NCBI RefSeq assembly: GCF_014696225.1
Contig: NZ_JACJPV010000013.1
Coordinates: 1-64,000, forward strand
Length of the DNA: 64,000 nt
Origin: Anabaena sp. FACHB-1237
GTDB taxonomy: Bacteria; Cyanobacteriota; Cyanobacteriia; Cyanobacteriales; Nostocaceae
Direction: 5' to 3'
Each line of letters begins with the position of its first letter. Within the stretch, counting starts at the first letter, position 1. Made by a program: the position numbers and the translations under genes. The notes under the pieces were generated by a model. It saw only the letters and a list, made by a program, of their open reading frames with translations. It was not told where the DNA came from and ran no database searches. Shown here piece after piece: positions 29,001 to 36,738 of the stretch.

Positions 29001-30302
29001 TTAGGTAATCAAAATCTTGTAGCTTATTTATTAGTGAAAAATGATTTTGAGTTACAAGAATTAAGAAGCTACTTAAAATCTAAACTACCAGATTATATGA
29101 TTCCTAATGCTTTTGTAGTCTTAGAATCATTCCCTCTGACTCCTAACGGTAAAGTAGACAGAAAAGCCCTACCTGAACCTGAATTGAATCGAGAAAATTT
29201 ACAAAGTAGTTATCAAGCACCTCGCACAGCATCAGAAGTAATATTATGTGAGATATTCTCAGAATTGCTAAATATTAATCCTGTGGGAGTCCATGATAAT
29301 TTCTTTGATTTAGGTGGACATTCATTATTAGCTGTGCGGTTAATGGCATTAATTCAAGATAGATTTAAAGTCAATTTACCTTTAGCTATTTTATTCCAAT
29401 CTCCCACCGTAGAACAATTAGCATTATTAGTAAATGAGAATAATGTAAAAATTGCTAATCATACATTAATTCCCATGCAAACTCAAGGGAATAAACCACC
29501 TTTATTTTTCATTCCTGGTGCGGGTGGTAATGTGATTTATTTACATAGTTTAGCCCAAGCATTAGGAACAGAAAGACCATTTTATGGCTTACAACCTAAA
29601 GGTTTAAATGGAGAAGAAGAGTTAGATAATTCTGTGGAAGCAATGGCTAATACTTACATTCAAGCCATGAAAAAATTACAACCACAAGGACCATATTTTA
29701 TAGCAGGCCATTCTTTTGGAGGTTATGTAGCTTATGAAGTGGGAAGACAATTACAGGCACAAAGTGACAAAATTGGTTATATTTTAGAAGTGGATACTTT
29801 AGCACCAAAAGAGAAAAAATATAGCCAAGAAAAAAATATGCAAGAATGGCAATGGTTAGCCATGATGTTACAACAAGGTGAAGGTTTATATGGTCAAAAA
29901 ATAGGAGTCATACCAGAAGATTTAGAAAAAATCACTGATGATGATGAGTTATATAATTATGCTTTAAAACTACTAATAAATGCGGGAATTTTACCTCCAG
30001 GAAGTTTGGTAAAACAATTACGAGGAATTGTCACAGTTTATAAAGCCAATAATGATACGAAATATGTCGTAAATGAACAAAATTGTGAAAAATTGCCTAT
30101 AGTATTATTTCGTTCTCAGGGAGGTTTTGGGGAAGAGTTGGATGTGATGAAAGAAGATTGGTTTAATTTAGAAGACTGGGGATGGAGTGATTACGCTAAT
30201 AAATCTGTTAATGTGGAATGGATACCAGGAGATCATCATACTATGATGGCTATTCCTCATGTAGAGATTTTAGCGGAGAAAATGCGGAATTATTTGGGTT
30301 AA
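23001..30302 (+). CDS. Bimodular NRPS with terminal thioesterase: Ndock-C-A-PCP-C-A-PCP-TE
   Basis: C1 HHIVWDGWS (~23526). A1 LAYVIYTSGSTGKPKGA with canonical FDVSV. PCP1 FFDLGGHSLLATQV. C2 HHIISDGWS (~26703). A2 LAYVIYTSGSTGKPKGV with FDIAG. PCP2 FFDLGGHSLLAVRL. TE GHSFGG (~29707) to end. N-terminal ~40-aa helical segment consistent with a docking partner for the PKS C-terminus. Confidence 0.9.
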   Translation: MKSQKEQEQIAQKLASLTQQKRKVLIKLLQKEGINPAKLPIIANRKSAQIPLSWGQERLWFLDQFEENSTTYNLLLGVTITGKLDINYLQKSLNTIIERHEVLRTNFQEIDGHAVQIITAEKTWPLIVENCQESEINKYIHQEQQKPFNLATDTLVRGNLLKISENKFILLITRHHIVWDGWSTGIFLQELSTIYQSYIQGKNPDLTPLTIQYADFSQWQREWLTEEILGEQIKYWQENLKNAPSLLQLPTDKPRPSIMTFNGKSQQLIINQEITEKLQLLSRETGTTLFMTLLAVFSTLLYRYSHQEDILIGSPIANRNRAEIEPLIGFFVNSLVLRTSFTENLSFAELLQQIKQTTLSAYEHQDVPFEQIVDAVKVERSLSHSPLFQVMFVLQNTPSETTELPDVTLTPLTLEKETTNFDLTLDIEPSEQGLVANWEYNSDLFEDATITRMLGHFENVLTSVLANPQQQINQINLLTVAERNQLLFEWNNTKVAYRQDKCIHQLFEEQVIKTPDAVAVVFENQQLTYQELNQKANQLAHYLQNLGVKPETLVAICVERSLEMVIGLLGILKAGGAYVPIDPNYPSDRIAYMLSDAAMPILLTQELLLTTLPKNQAQIICLDSHWEKIATQKDENLTTVSVKFDNLAYVIYTSGSTGKPKGAMNTHGGISNRLLWMQDAYKLTASDRILQKTPFSFDVSVWEFFWPLLFGATLVVAQPEGHKDSAYLVNLIKQAEITTLHFVPSMLQVFLQESGVETCKSIKRVICSGEALPYELQERFFTKLNQLNCELHNLYGPTEAAIDVTFWQCQPQLPQKIVPIGKPIANTQLYILDRYFQPVPVGVPGELYIGGVGVCRGYLNRTELTNEKFISNLFGTGKLYKTGDLTRYLADGNIEYLGRIDNQVKLRGFRIELGEIESALDSYPGIQQTVVIVRQDIPGNQRLVAYLATEDKSLNIEKLKDSLKKQLPEFMIPSAFIILENLPLSPNGKVDRKALPAPDLDLSKSKEFVPPQTPNQEIIADIFRTVLNLKSVGIYDSFFDLGGHSLLATQVISRLRKVFSVEISLKELFAYATISELSDRITSIKQLATSLQNSIKTIAPVSRNGNLTLSFAQERLWFLDQLEGASSTYNIPGILKITGNLQINILEKSLQEIVNRHEVLRTNFQAINGQPAQVINSENTWQLKIEDWTNINLAEIKKAIQKEIETPFNLATDNLLRVITAQINKDEFLLIVTMHHIISDGWSLGIFIQELSTLYQNYLQGKSSPLPNLTIQYADFATWQKQWLTGETLDQEIKYWQEQLTAAPSLLQLPTDKPRPSIMTFNGKSHNLKINPEITKKLENLSKKTGTTLFMTLLAIFATLLYRYSHQEDILIGSPIANRNRSEIEPLIGCFVNTLVLRTKFTENINFRELLNQVKETTLEAYDHQDVPFEQIVEAIKPERSLSHSPLFQVLFVLQNAPMEKLELPGVNIEILPSHTSTAKFDLTLSMMEQDQELSCTWDYNSDLFDEKTITTMSNHFQKLITEIIVNSEQKINQIKILAEAEEKQLIEEYNNTKIKYPHQKCVHQLFTEQAEKTPDAIAIKFANQQLTYQELNQKANQLANYLQKLGVKPETLVGICIERSLEMVIALLGILKAGGAYVPIDPNYPTERIAYMLSDSNAELLLTQSSLLADFTEYQKTIVCLDQDWEKINQESTENIISQVKPDNLAYVIYTSGSTGKPKGVQIQHQGLVNFLNTMKKQPGIKRKDVFNAVTTICFDIAGLELYLPLIVGAKVVITSREIATDGMRLLQHIQDEKITIMQATPATWQMLITAGLNKETLQKNKINKNKIKMLCGGEALTTQLSNQLLETGGELWNLYGPTETTIWSMVKQVEKTDDVAVISIGKPIANTQIYILDSYLNPVPIGVGGELHIGGDGLARGYLNRPELTAEKFIESPFSANQKIYKTGDLARYLPDGNIEYLGRIDHQVKIRGFRIELGEIEAVINDYLQINQSVVIAKADKLGNQNLVAYLLVKNDFELQELRSYLKSKLPDYMIPNAFVVLESFPLTPNGKVDRKALPEPELNRENLQSSYQAPRTASEVILCEIFSELLNINPVGVHDNFFDLGGHSLLAVRLMALIQDRFKVNLPLAILFQSPTVEQLALLVNENNVKIANHTLIPMQTQGNKPPLFFIPGAGGNVIYLHSLAQALGTERPFYGLQPKGLNGEEELDNSVEAMANTYIQAMKKLQPQGPYFIAGHSFGGYVAYEVGRQLQAQSDKIGYILEVDTLAPKEKKYSQEKNMQEWQWLAMMLQQGEGLYGQKIGVIPEDLEKITDDDELYNYALKLLINAGILPPGSLVKQLRGIVTVYKANNDTKYVVNEQNCEKLPIVLFRSQGGFGEELDVMKEDWFNLEDWGWSDYANKSVNVEWIPGDHHTMMAIPHVEILAEKMRNYLG

Positions 30303-30306
30303 CCAA

Positions 30307-30337
30307 GATCCCGGACTTCTTAAAGAAGTCCGGGATC
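30307..30337. repeat. Perfect 31-bp palindrome GATCCCGGACTTCTTAAAGAAGTCCGGGATC (member of a dispersed hairpin family)
   Basis: Seen directly. Lies 5 bp after the NRPS stop and before recN. Near-identical copy at 45316..45346; related copies at 61172..61202, 61511..61542 and 63794..63853. Confidence 0.85.
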
Positions 30338-30371
30338 TGAAAGTTATTTAAAGATTGGAGATTCTATTATC

Positions 30372-32099
30372 ATGTTACTGTGTTTAAGAATTGAAAATTT
30401 CGCCTTAATTGATAAATTAGAATTAGATTTTGGTAAAGGTTTAAATGTTTTAACCGGAGAAACTGGTGCGGGTAAATCTATTATTTTAGATGCTATTGAT
30501 GCTATTTTAGGTGGTAAGGTTTCTAGTCGTGTGATTAGAACGGGTACTAATCGTGCTATTATCGAAGGAACTTTTTTAGTTAATCCTAATTTAGCTATAT
30601 GGTTAAATGAACAGGAATGTGATTTAATTGATGAAAATTGCATTATTATTAGTCGGGAAATTGTGGCTAATGCTAATAATGTTCGCAGTCGTTCACGGGT
30701 AAATGGGGTATTAGTAAATCGCCAATTTATGGGAGAACTGCGGGAAAAGTTAGTGGAAATTACCGCCCAGGGACAAACTGTACAAGTGGGAAAATCAGCC
30801 CAAGTCAGAGAATGGTTAGATGTTTATGGCGGAGATTTACTATTACAACAACGTCAAAAGGTAGCTACTGCTTTTCAACTTTATCAACAAACTCATCAGA
30901 CTTTAGAAAAACGCCGTACTTCGGAAAAAGAACGATTACAACAATTAGATTTATTGACTTATCAAGTACAGGAATTAAAAGCGGCAAATCTTGATGATCC
31001 TCAAGAAATGGAATTATTAACTCAAGAAAGAGAACGTTTAAATCATGTGGTTGATCTGCAACAAATGAGTTATAAAATTTATCAGGCTTTATATCAAAGT
31101 GATTCAGAAACTCCTACAGCAGCAGACTTTTTAGCCGATGGCGAAACTTTTTTAACTCACATGGTAGAGTATGATTCTCAATTAGAACCATTATTAGAGT
31201 TGGTAAGAGATGCGATCGCCGCAGTGACAGAAATAGGTAGACAAATTAATGCTTATGGCGAAAATTTAGAAGCTGATCCTCAAAGACTAGAAGAAGTAGA
31301 AGAAAGAATTAGGGAATTAAAACAAATTTGTCGTAAATATGGACCAAGTTTAGCAGAAGCGATCGCCTATTATGAAAAAATCCAAACGGAATTATCAGAA
31401 TTAAATAATAATGAACAGTCTTTAGAAAAATTAGAACATCAAGAACAATTATATTTACAACAACTAATTCAATATTGTCAAAAATTAACCACACTTCGTC
31501 AAGAAACCGCCGCTAATTTTCAATTTCATTTATTAAATGAACTCAAACCTTTAGCAATGGATAAGGTAAAATTTGAAGTAGAAATTACGCCTATTTCTCC
31601 CACTTCCACTGGTGCTGATAAAATCACTTTTATGTTTAGTCCTAACCCTGGAGAACCAATTCAACCATTAACAGAAATAGCTTCTGGTGGAGAAATGAGT
31701 CGTTTTTTATTAGCATTAAAAGCCTGTTTTAATCACAGTGATGAAGTGGAAACTATGGTATTTGATGAAATTGATGTGGGAGTTTCTGGTATTGTAGCCC
31801 AATCTATTGCGGAAAAATTACATCAACTGAGTCAAAATCAACAAGTATTATGTGTGACTCATCAACCTTTAGTAGCAGCGATGGCTGATAGACATTTCCG
31901 TGTAGTTAAAGAGGTAATTAATAAGATAAATAATGATGAAGAGAGAACCGTTGTCAGAGTGACAAAACTAGATAATTTAACCACTAGAAGACAAGAATTA
32001 GCACAATTAGCAGGAGGAAAATCAGCAAATGAAGCGATCGCTTTTGCCGAATCTTTATTATTGCAAGCTGCTAACCATCGGCAGAATTTTAGATGTTAG
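30372..32099 (+). CDS. recN: DNA repair protein RecN
   Basis: N-terminus MLLCLRIENFALIDKLELDFGKGLNVLTGETGAGKSIILDAI with Walker A. Long central coiled coil. C-terminal signature/Walker B region (SGGEMSRFLLALK...MVFDEIDVGVSG). Confidence 0.9.
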   Translation: MLLCLRIENFALIDKLELDFGKGLNVLTGETGAGKSIILDAIDAILGGKVSSRVIRTGTNRAIIEGTFLVNPNLAIWLNEQECDLIDENCIIISREIVANANNVRSRSRVNGVLVNRQFMGELREKLVEITAQGQTVQVGKSAQVREWLDVYGGDLLLQQRQKVATAFQLYQQTHQTLEKRRTSEKERLQQLDLLTYQVQELKAANLDDPQEMELLTQERERLNHVVDLQQMSYKIYQALYQSDSETPTAADFLADGETFLTHMVEYDSQLEPLLELVRDAIAAVTEIGRQINAYGENLEADPQRLEEVEERIRELKQICRKYGPSLAEAIAYYEKIQTELSELNNNEQSLEKLEHQEQLYLQQLIQYCQKLTTLRQETAANFQFHLLNELKPLAMDKVKFEVEITPISPTSTGADKITFMFSPNPGEPIQPLTEIASGGEMSRFLLALKACFNHSDEVETMVFDEIDVGVSGIVAQSIAEKLHQLSQNQQVLCVTHQPLVAAMADRHFRVVKEVINKINNDEERTVVRVTKLDNLTTRRQELAQLAGGKSANEAIAFAESLLLQAANHRQNFRC

Positions 32100-32113
32100 A
32101 TTGGCGATGGATA

Positions 32114-32219
32114 ATAAGCTAATGTGCAGCACTCACTGTATAATTAAAAAACCTGAAGTTACAGTAGCACAAGCATCTTGCTTGTATTAATTATTCAAGT
32201 TAAAAGCACAACAGCTTAA
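32114..32219. repeat. ~106-bp dispersed repeat, copy 1 (second copy 61383..61488, ~98% identical)
   Basis: ataagctaatgtgcagcactcactgtataattaaaaaacctgaagttacagtagcacaagcatcttgcttgtattaattattcaagttaaaagcacaacagctta. Contains the hairpin core gcaagcatcttgcttgc. Partial copies at 58263..58320, 51581..51615 and 2287..2310. Confidence 0.85.
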
Positions 32220-32247
32220 TGAAGTATTTTATATTCTCCTACGTTTT

Positions 32248-32490
32248 TTAAATCTTTATCGAGAGGATTTTTTTACCCACCAAAGTTTTAATCATTCCTA
32301 ATAACTTAGATTTATATGAAATATCTGTATTTAAAAATGTTACAACTTGATTTGGTGTATGTTCCGTTTCAATAAAGACTCGAAAAAGTCTATTACCTAT
32401 TTGCACTGTATCACCATGTTGTAAATCATATTGCAGGTAATCTGATTTAATTTCTGATGCAGATTGATAAAACCCTTGTAACACAGGCAT
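32248..32490 (-). CDS. Hypothetical small protein (80 aa)
   Basis: ORF only; no recognisable motif. Confidence 0.3.
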   Translation of the reverse strand: MPVLQGFYQSASEIKSDYLQYDLQHGDTVQIGNRLFRVFIETEHTPNQVVTFLNTDISYKSKLLGMIKTLVGKKILSIKI

Positions 32491-32593
32491 CTTGCCTGTT
32501 CCTAGTGTACCTCATGTAGATGGAATGTGCTGTACTTTTGTCCAGAGGTTGCGCCATGAGTGACGATTAAAATAACTTTAGCAGTCATAATTG

Positions 32594-33166
32594 TTAAATT
32601 GTGATTAATTGAGGAAGTAAGGCTTTGATAGCATTACCGCGATGACTAATTGATTTTTTCATTTCAGGAGACATTTGGGCAAAAGTCAATTTTTGTTCAG
32701 GAACATAAAAAATTGGATCATAACCAAAACCTTGATCTCCTGTAGATGCAAATAAAATTTCTCCCTGACAAACACCTTCTGATTCAATTACTATTTCTCC
32801 TTGGGGGTTAGCAATTGCGATCGCGCAAACAAACCTAGCCTGACGATTTTTGTTATCTCCAAGTTCCCGCAATAATCTGGCAATTCTTTCTACATCTGTA
32901 TTACCATAACGGGCAGAATATACTCCAGGTTGACCATTTAGGGCATTTACCATTAAACCAGAATCATCAGCGATCGCCCAATTTCCTGTGATTTTAGCCA
33001 CTGCTGCGGCTTTTAAACAAGCATTTTCCGCAAAAGTTACTCCCGTTTCTTCTACCTCAAAATCCTCTGGTTTTAAAGTTAATTCCCAACCAGAATCAGC
33101 TAGATAATTCTGCATCTCCTTTAATTTTCCTGGGTTTCCTGTAGCCACTACAAGTATTTTTTTCAT
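32594..33166 (-). CDS. rdgB: Non-canonical purine NTP pyrophosphatase (RdgB/HAM1 family dITP/XTP pyrophosphatase)
   Basis: MKKILVVATGNPGKLKEMQNYL..., FVCAIAIANPQGE, GFGYDPIFYVPE, SHRGNA match Ham1/RdgB motifs. Confidence 0.85.
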   Translation of the reverse strand: MKKILVVATGNPGKLKEMQNYLADSGWELTLKPEDFEVEETGVTFAENACLKAAAVAKITGNWAIADDSGLMVNALNGQPGVYSARYGNTDVERIARLLRELGDNKNRQARFVCAIAIANPQGEIVIESEGVCQGEILFASTGDQGFGYDPIFYVPEQKLTFAQMSPEMKKSISHRGNAIKALLPQLITI

Positions 33167-33268
33167 ATTATGGTGATTGGTAATTGGTAATTGAACTTAA
33201 AAGAAGGAACATTAGTTATCAATTGTCAATTATTCCTTCTTTATTGTTTAATTTTTGTTAAATTAACT

Positions 33269-34711
33269 TTAAGTTGACTCAGCCCAATTTTTCGCCCAAT
33301 TTAGGGTTTGATGAACTTCTGTCATATTAGCAGCTTCACAATATAACCTTAAAACCGGTTCAGTGCCACTAAATCTAATCATTAACCAACTGTGATCAGC
33401 TAGACGGAACTTATAACCATCTATTTTATTACAATCAGTCACTTTTTTACCATTGATTTCTGTTAATGGTTGAGATTGTAATTGTGCTAGTAATTTATTT
33501 CTTACCTCCATACTAGCTAAAGGTAAATCAATCCGATCATAGTCCGATAAGAAATTAGTTTTTTCTTGAAGATAGCGATAATAATCACTTAAATTCAATT
33601 GAGATTCTACCACAGCTTCTAACACATATAAAGCCGAAAGTAAAGCATCTCGTTCAGGAATATGACTACCATAACCAATACCTCCCGATTCTTCACCTCC
33701 TAATAAAACTTCTGTATCTAACATTCTATCAGCAATATATTTATAACCAACTGCCGTTTCATGGAGTGATAAATTATGTAATTTAGCCACCAGAGGAATT
33801 AAATCAGAACCACTGACAGTTTTCACAATTTCCCCTGTGAATTTCCGTCTTAAAGTCAAGTGATCAATTAAAATGGGAATTAAAATTTGTGAACTGAGAA
33901 AATTTCCCTGTTCATCAACTGCGGCTATGCGATCGCAATCTCCATCAAATACCAAACCCACAGTTAAACTGCAATTATTAACTTTTTGATATTCCTTAAT
34001 TACAGTAAATAACTTAGACAAATATTTAGGTAAAGGTTCAGGCGCACCATTTTCAAATAATGGATCTCGTTCACTATTAATTTCCTTAATTTCTGCACCT
34101 AAAAGCCTAGCTAAACCGCCTGCTGCAGCACCGTGCATAGCATCAACAAAAATAGTTAAATTATGACTACTAATTGCTTTTTTAATTTCCTCCAGATCCA
34201 CCTTACTAGCTAATTCTTGACAATAACTAGGCCAAGGATCAAAACTTTTCTCACCACCAACATTATCGGCAAATGTCACTTCTGTTAATAATAATTTTTC
34301 AATTTCCTTAGTTACTTCTGGCGGTACTGAACCCCCGAAAGCACTTTTTACCTTCAAACCCAAATATGTACCAGGGTTATGGCTGGCCGTTACTACCAAA
34401 GCCCCTAAAGCCTTTAAATCCTTAGCAGCCCAACTAAAAGCCGGAGTGGGTGCATAACTTTCACTAAAAAGGACATCAAAACCCGCCCTTATTACAGCCT
34501 TAGCTACCACTCTTGCAAATTCTTCTGCCATAAATCGGCGATCGTAACCGATAATAATCGTGCGACTATTAGTGTAAGACGAGTAGGTTTTATATAAAAC
34601 TTTTGCTGCTACATTGGCCACTAAAGCCAAACGTTCAAAAGTGAACTCTTCAGCGATAACACCTCGCCAACCATCTGTACCAAACTTAATAGGATTACTC
34701 AAAACTGCCAT
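33269..34711 (-). CDS. Phosphoglucomutase/phosphomannomutase family sugar-phosphate mutase
   Basis: Active-site phosphoserine loop VVTASHNPGTYLGLK; metal-binding FDGDCDR; sugar-binding loop GGEESGG. Confidence 0.8.
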   Translation of the reverse strand: MAVLSNPIKFGTDGWRGVIAEEFTFERLALVANVAAKVLYKTYSSYTNSRTIIIGYDRRFMAEEFARVVAKAVIRAGFDVLFSESYAPTPAFSWAAKDLKALGALVVTASHNPGTYLGLKVKSAFGGSVPPEVTKEIEKLLLTEVTFADNVGGEKSFDPWPSYCQELASKVDLEEIKKAISSHNLTIFVDAMHGAAAGGLARLLGAEIKEINSERDPLFENGAPEPLPKYLSKLFTVIKEYQKVNNCSLTVGLVFDGDCDRIAAVDEQGNFLSSQILIPILIDHLTLRRKFTGEIVKTVSGSDLIPLVAKLHNLSLHETAVGYKYIADRMLDTEVLLGGEESGGIGYGSHIPERDALLSALYVLEAVVESQLNLSDYYRYLQEKTNFLSDYDRIDLPLASMEVRNKLLAQLQSQPLTEINGKKVTDCNKIDGYKFRLADHSWLMIRFSGTEPVLRLYCEAANMTEVHQTLNWAKNWAEST

Positions 34712-34817
34712 AAAAATATCCTAAATTTTGTCAATTGTCAATTTTTTGTGAATTTTTAACTAATGATGACCGACCATTTTACCATACAACAGATCAATCA
34801 TAAACCTATCCAAGAAG

Positions 34818-35477
34818 TTATTTATCTTTAGTTAATAAATCTATAGCTAAAGGTAAAATACGATGTTCTTGAACTTGAATCCTAGCATGGAGACTTTCAT
34901 AAGAATCATTAGGAAAAACTGGGACAGCAGCCTGGATCAAAATTTCTCCACTATCTACTTCCACAGATACCAAATGCACAGTACAACCAGTAATTTTTAC
35001 TCCCGCAGCTAAAGCCTGTTCTACCGCCCGCGCACCTTTAAAACTGGGTAATAAACTAGGATGAATATTAATTATTCGTCGAGGAAAAGCATCAATTAAA
35101 ACTTGTGTAACAATACGCATCCAGCCAGCCATAACCACAATTTCTACATCATGAATTTGTAGAATGTTCACAATTTCTTGATCTAATTCCTCACGTATTT
35201 GATAATCTCGATGATTAATAAAAACCGTTTTTACACCCCAATTTTTTGCCCTCATAGCTGCCTTAGCTTGACGATTATTGTAAATTAAAACCGTAATTTC
35301 AGCATTAAGTTTACCCGCAGAAATTGCCTGAGCAATTACTTCAAAATTACTACCATTTCCAGAAGCCATCACTGCCAATTTTACAGGTTTATTTGGGGAA
35401 TAATTAGCGTAATTATTATAATCAACTTGAGGATAAATTAGACTAGCATCCATATCATCTTTAGACCAGTGAGACAA
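34818..35477 (-). CDS. purN: Phosphoribosylglycinamide formyltransferase PurN (first ATG gives a ~30-aa N-terminal extension; true start may be internal)
   Basis: KLAVMASGNGSNFE (GAR-Tfase N-terminus), NIHPSLLPSFKG, HLVSVEVDSGEIL (catalytic His/Asp). Confidence 0.85.
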   Translation of the reverse strand: MSHWSKDDMDASLIYPQVDYNNYANYSPNKPVKLAVMASGNGSNFEVIAQAISAGKLNAEITVLIYNNRQAKAAMRAKNWGVKTVFINHRDYQIREELDQEIVNILQIHDVEIVVMAGWMRIVTQVLIDAFPRRIINIHPSLLPSFKGARAVEQALAAGVKITGCTVHLVSVEVDSGEILIQAAVPVFPNDSYESLHARIQVQEHRILPLAIDLLTKDK

Positions 35478-35619
35478 GTTAAAAGTTAGTGGTTTTAGGA
35501 ATCTATTGATCCCCCCTAACCCCTTTAAAAAAAGGGGGGGGAAATGAAATCAAAGTCTCCGTTTTTAATGGGAATTTAGGAGGATCTGAAACTCAATTAG
35601 TTAGTCCCTAATATAATAA

Positions 35620-36576
35620 TTATTTCAGCAAAATCGAACCTGATGGACATTTAACATCTTGAGAAGATTTAGCGGAAATTCTAGGAATAGCAGGAGGTTT
35701 AGTGCCAGGTTTTAAACTTTCACAAATTGCTGTATCTGTGAATATTTCACCCTTCACTTTTCTGATAAATACTACCCCTATATAACTCTTGAAATTAGGT
35801 TTTTTAGGCGTTGCTGTATGCACTACCATATTGCTTATCCTACGATTTAAGATAATACCATAACGATAGTTTACTGTTTCTGACTTAATTCCAACTCCCA
35901 AATCTCGGATATTCTTAGCAAACTTATTATTTTCTAAATAATAAGCCTGTTGTCCGCGATTCATTGACCCTATATATTGTTTACCTTCACCAGAACTTTC
36001 AGTAATATTTCCAGCAATATTTTCAGATGGTTTTTGGTCATTCGTGACTAATTCCACATTTTGAGGTAAACTTGTATTTTCGGAAACTTTTTTAAAAAAA
36101 GTAACATTTTTAGAAAACTCTTTTGGTCTAGGTTCACCTGGATTAGTTCCTTCTATTTGCATTCGCATTTGTCCATCCGCAGTAAAATCAAAAATGGTTA
36201 ATACTGGTTGAGGAGTATCTGGTAAATTAATATTTAAGTGCATCGGTTGTGGAGTAGAATTAATTTGATATGTGACAGCATAGGCTGCGGATCTTTGGGC
36301 ATCCCCCATCATTAAAAACAACTTACCATTACCATCAAAAATAAAACTTACAGTGATAGAAGATGTCGCATCTTGAGATTCCCATCGTCCTGATAATTTC
36401 TTGATCACTTCTGCATCACTAGAACTCACAGTTTCCGCATTTTTAGGCGTTGGTGTGCTCGTAGGTTGTGCTAAAACAGTGTCAGGAAAGGTTAAAGGTA
36501 AACTTATTAATAGGCTGTACTTCAGCAATTTATTAACGATTTTTTCTGTGGGAAAATTAAGAAAAGTTGTCAGCAT
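35620..36576 (-). CDS. Hypothetical secreted protein
   Basis: Signal-like N-terminus (LLISLPLTFPDTVLAQP), then Ser/Thr-rich mature region. No confident family assignment. Confidence 0.5.
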   Translation of the reverse strand: MLTTFLNFPTEKIVNKLLKYSLLISLPLTFPDTVLAQPTSTPTPKNAETVSSSDAEVIKKLSGRWESQDATSSITVSFIFDGNGKLFLMMGDAQRSAAYAVTYQINSTPQPMHLNINLPDTPQPVLTIFDFTADGQMRMQIEGTNPGEPRPKEFSKNVTFFKKVSENTSLPQNVELVTNDQKPSENIAGNITESSGEGKQYIGSMNRGQQAYYLENNKFAKNIRDLGVGIKSETVNYRYGIILNRRISNMVVHTATPKKPNFKSYIGVVFIRKVKGEIFTDTAICESLKPGTKPPAIPRISAKSSQDVKCPSGSILLK

Positions 36577-36738
36577 TATTGAGGTAAAATCTAATGTATT
36601 AATTAGGATCTTAACAGTCCCTAGAGAGATTGAGAAAAAATATACATAAATTCACGATTTCTCCATAGCAGTCAGCTATCAATAGGGGTAAAGCATGAAC
36701 TCATTTTTGTCAACTTAAGCTACAGATGGCTTATTTGT

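Noticed and set aside
30307-30337. Calling the GC-rich palindromes Rho-independent terminators
   Set aside because: Stable stems but no following U-tract (e.g. ...gggatctgaaagttat). Function left open and annotated only as repeats.
30344-30643. 99-aa minus-strand ORF across the recN start
   Set aside because: Overlaps the strongly supported recN N-terminus (Walker A).
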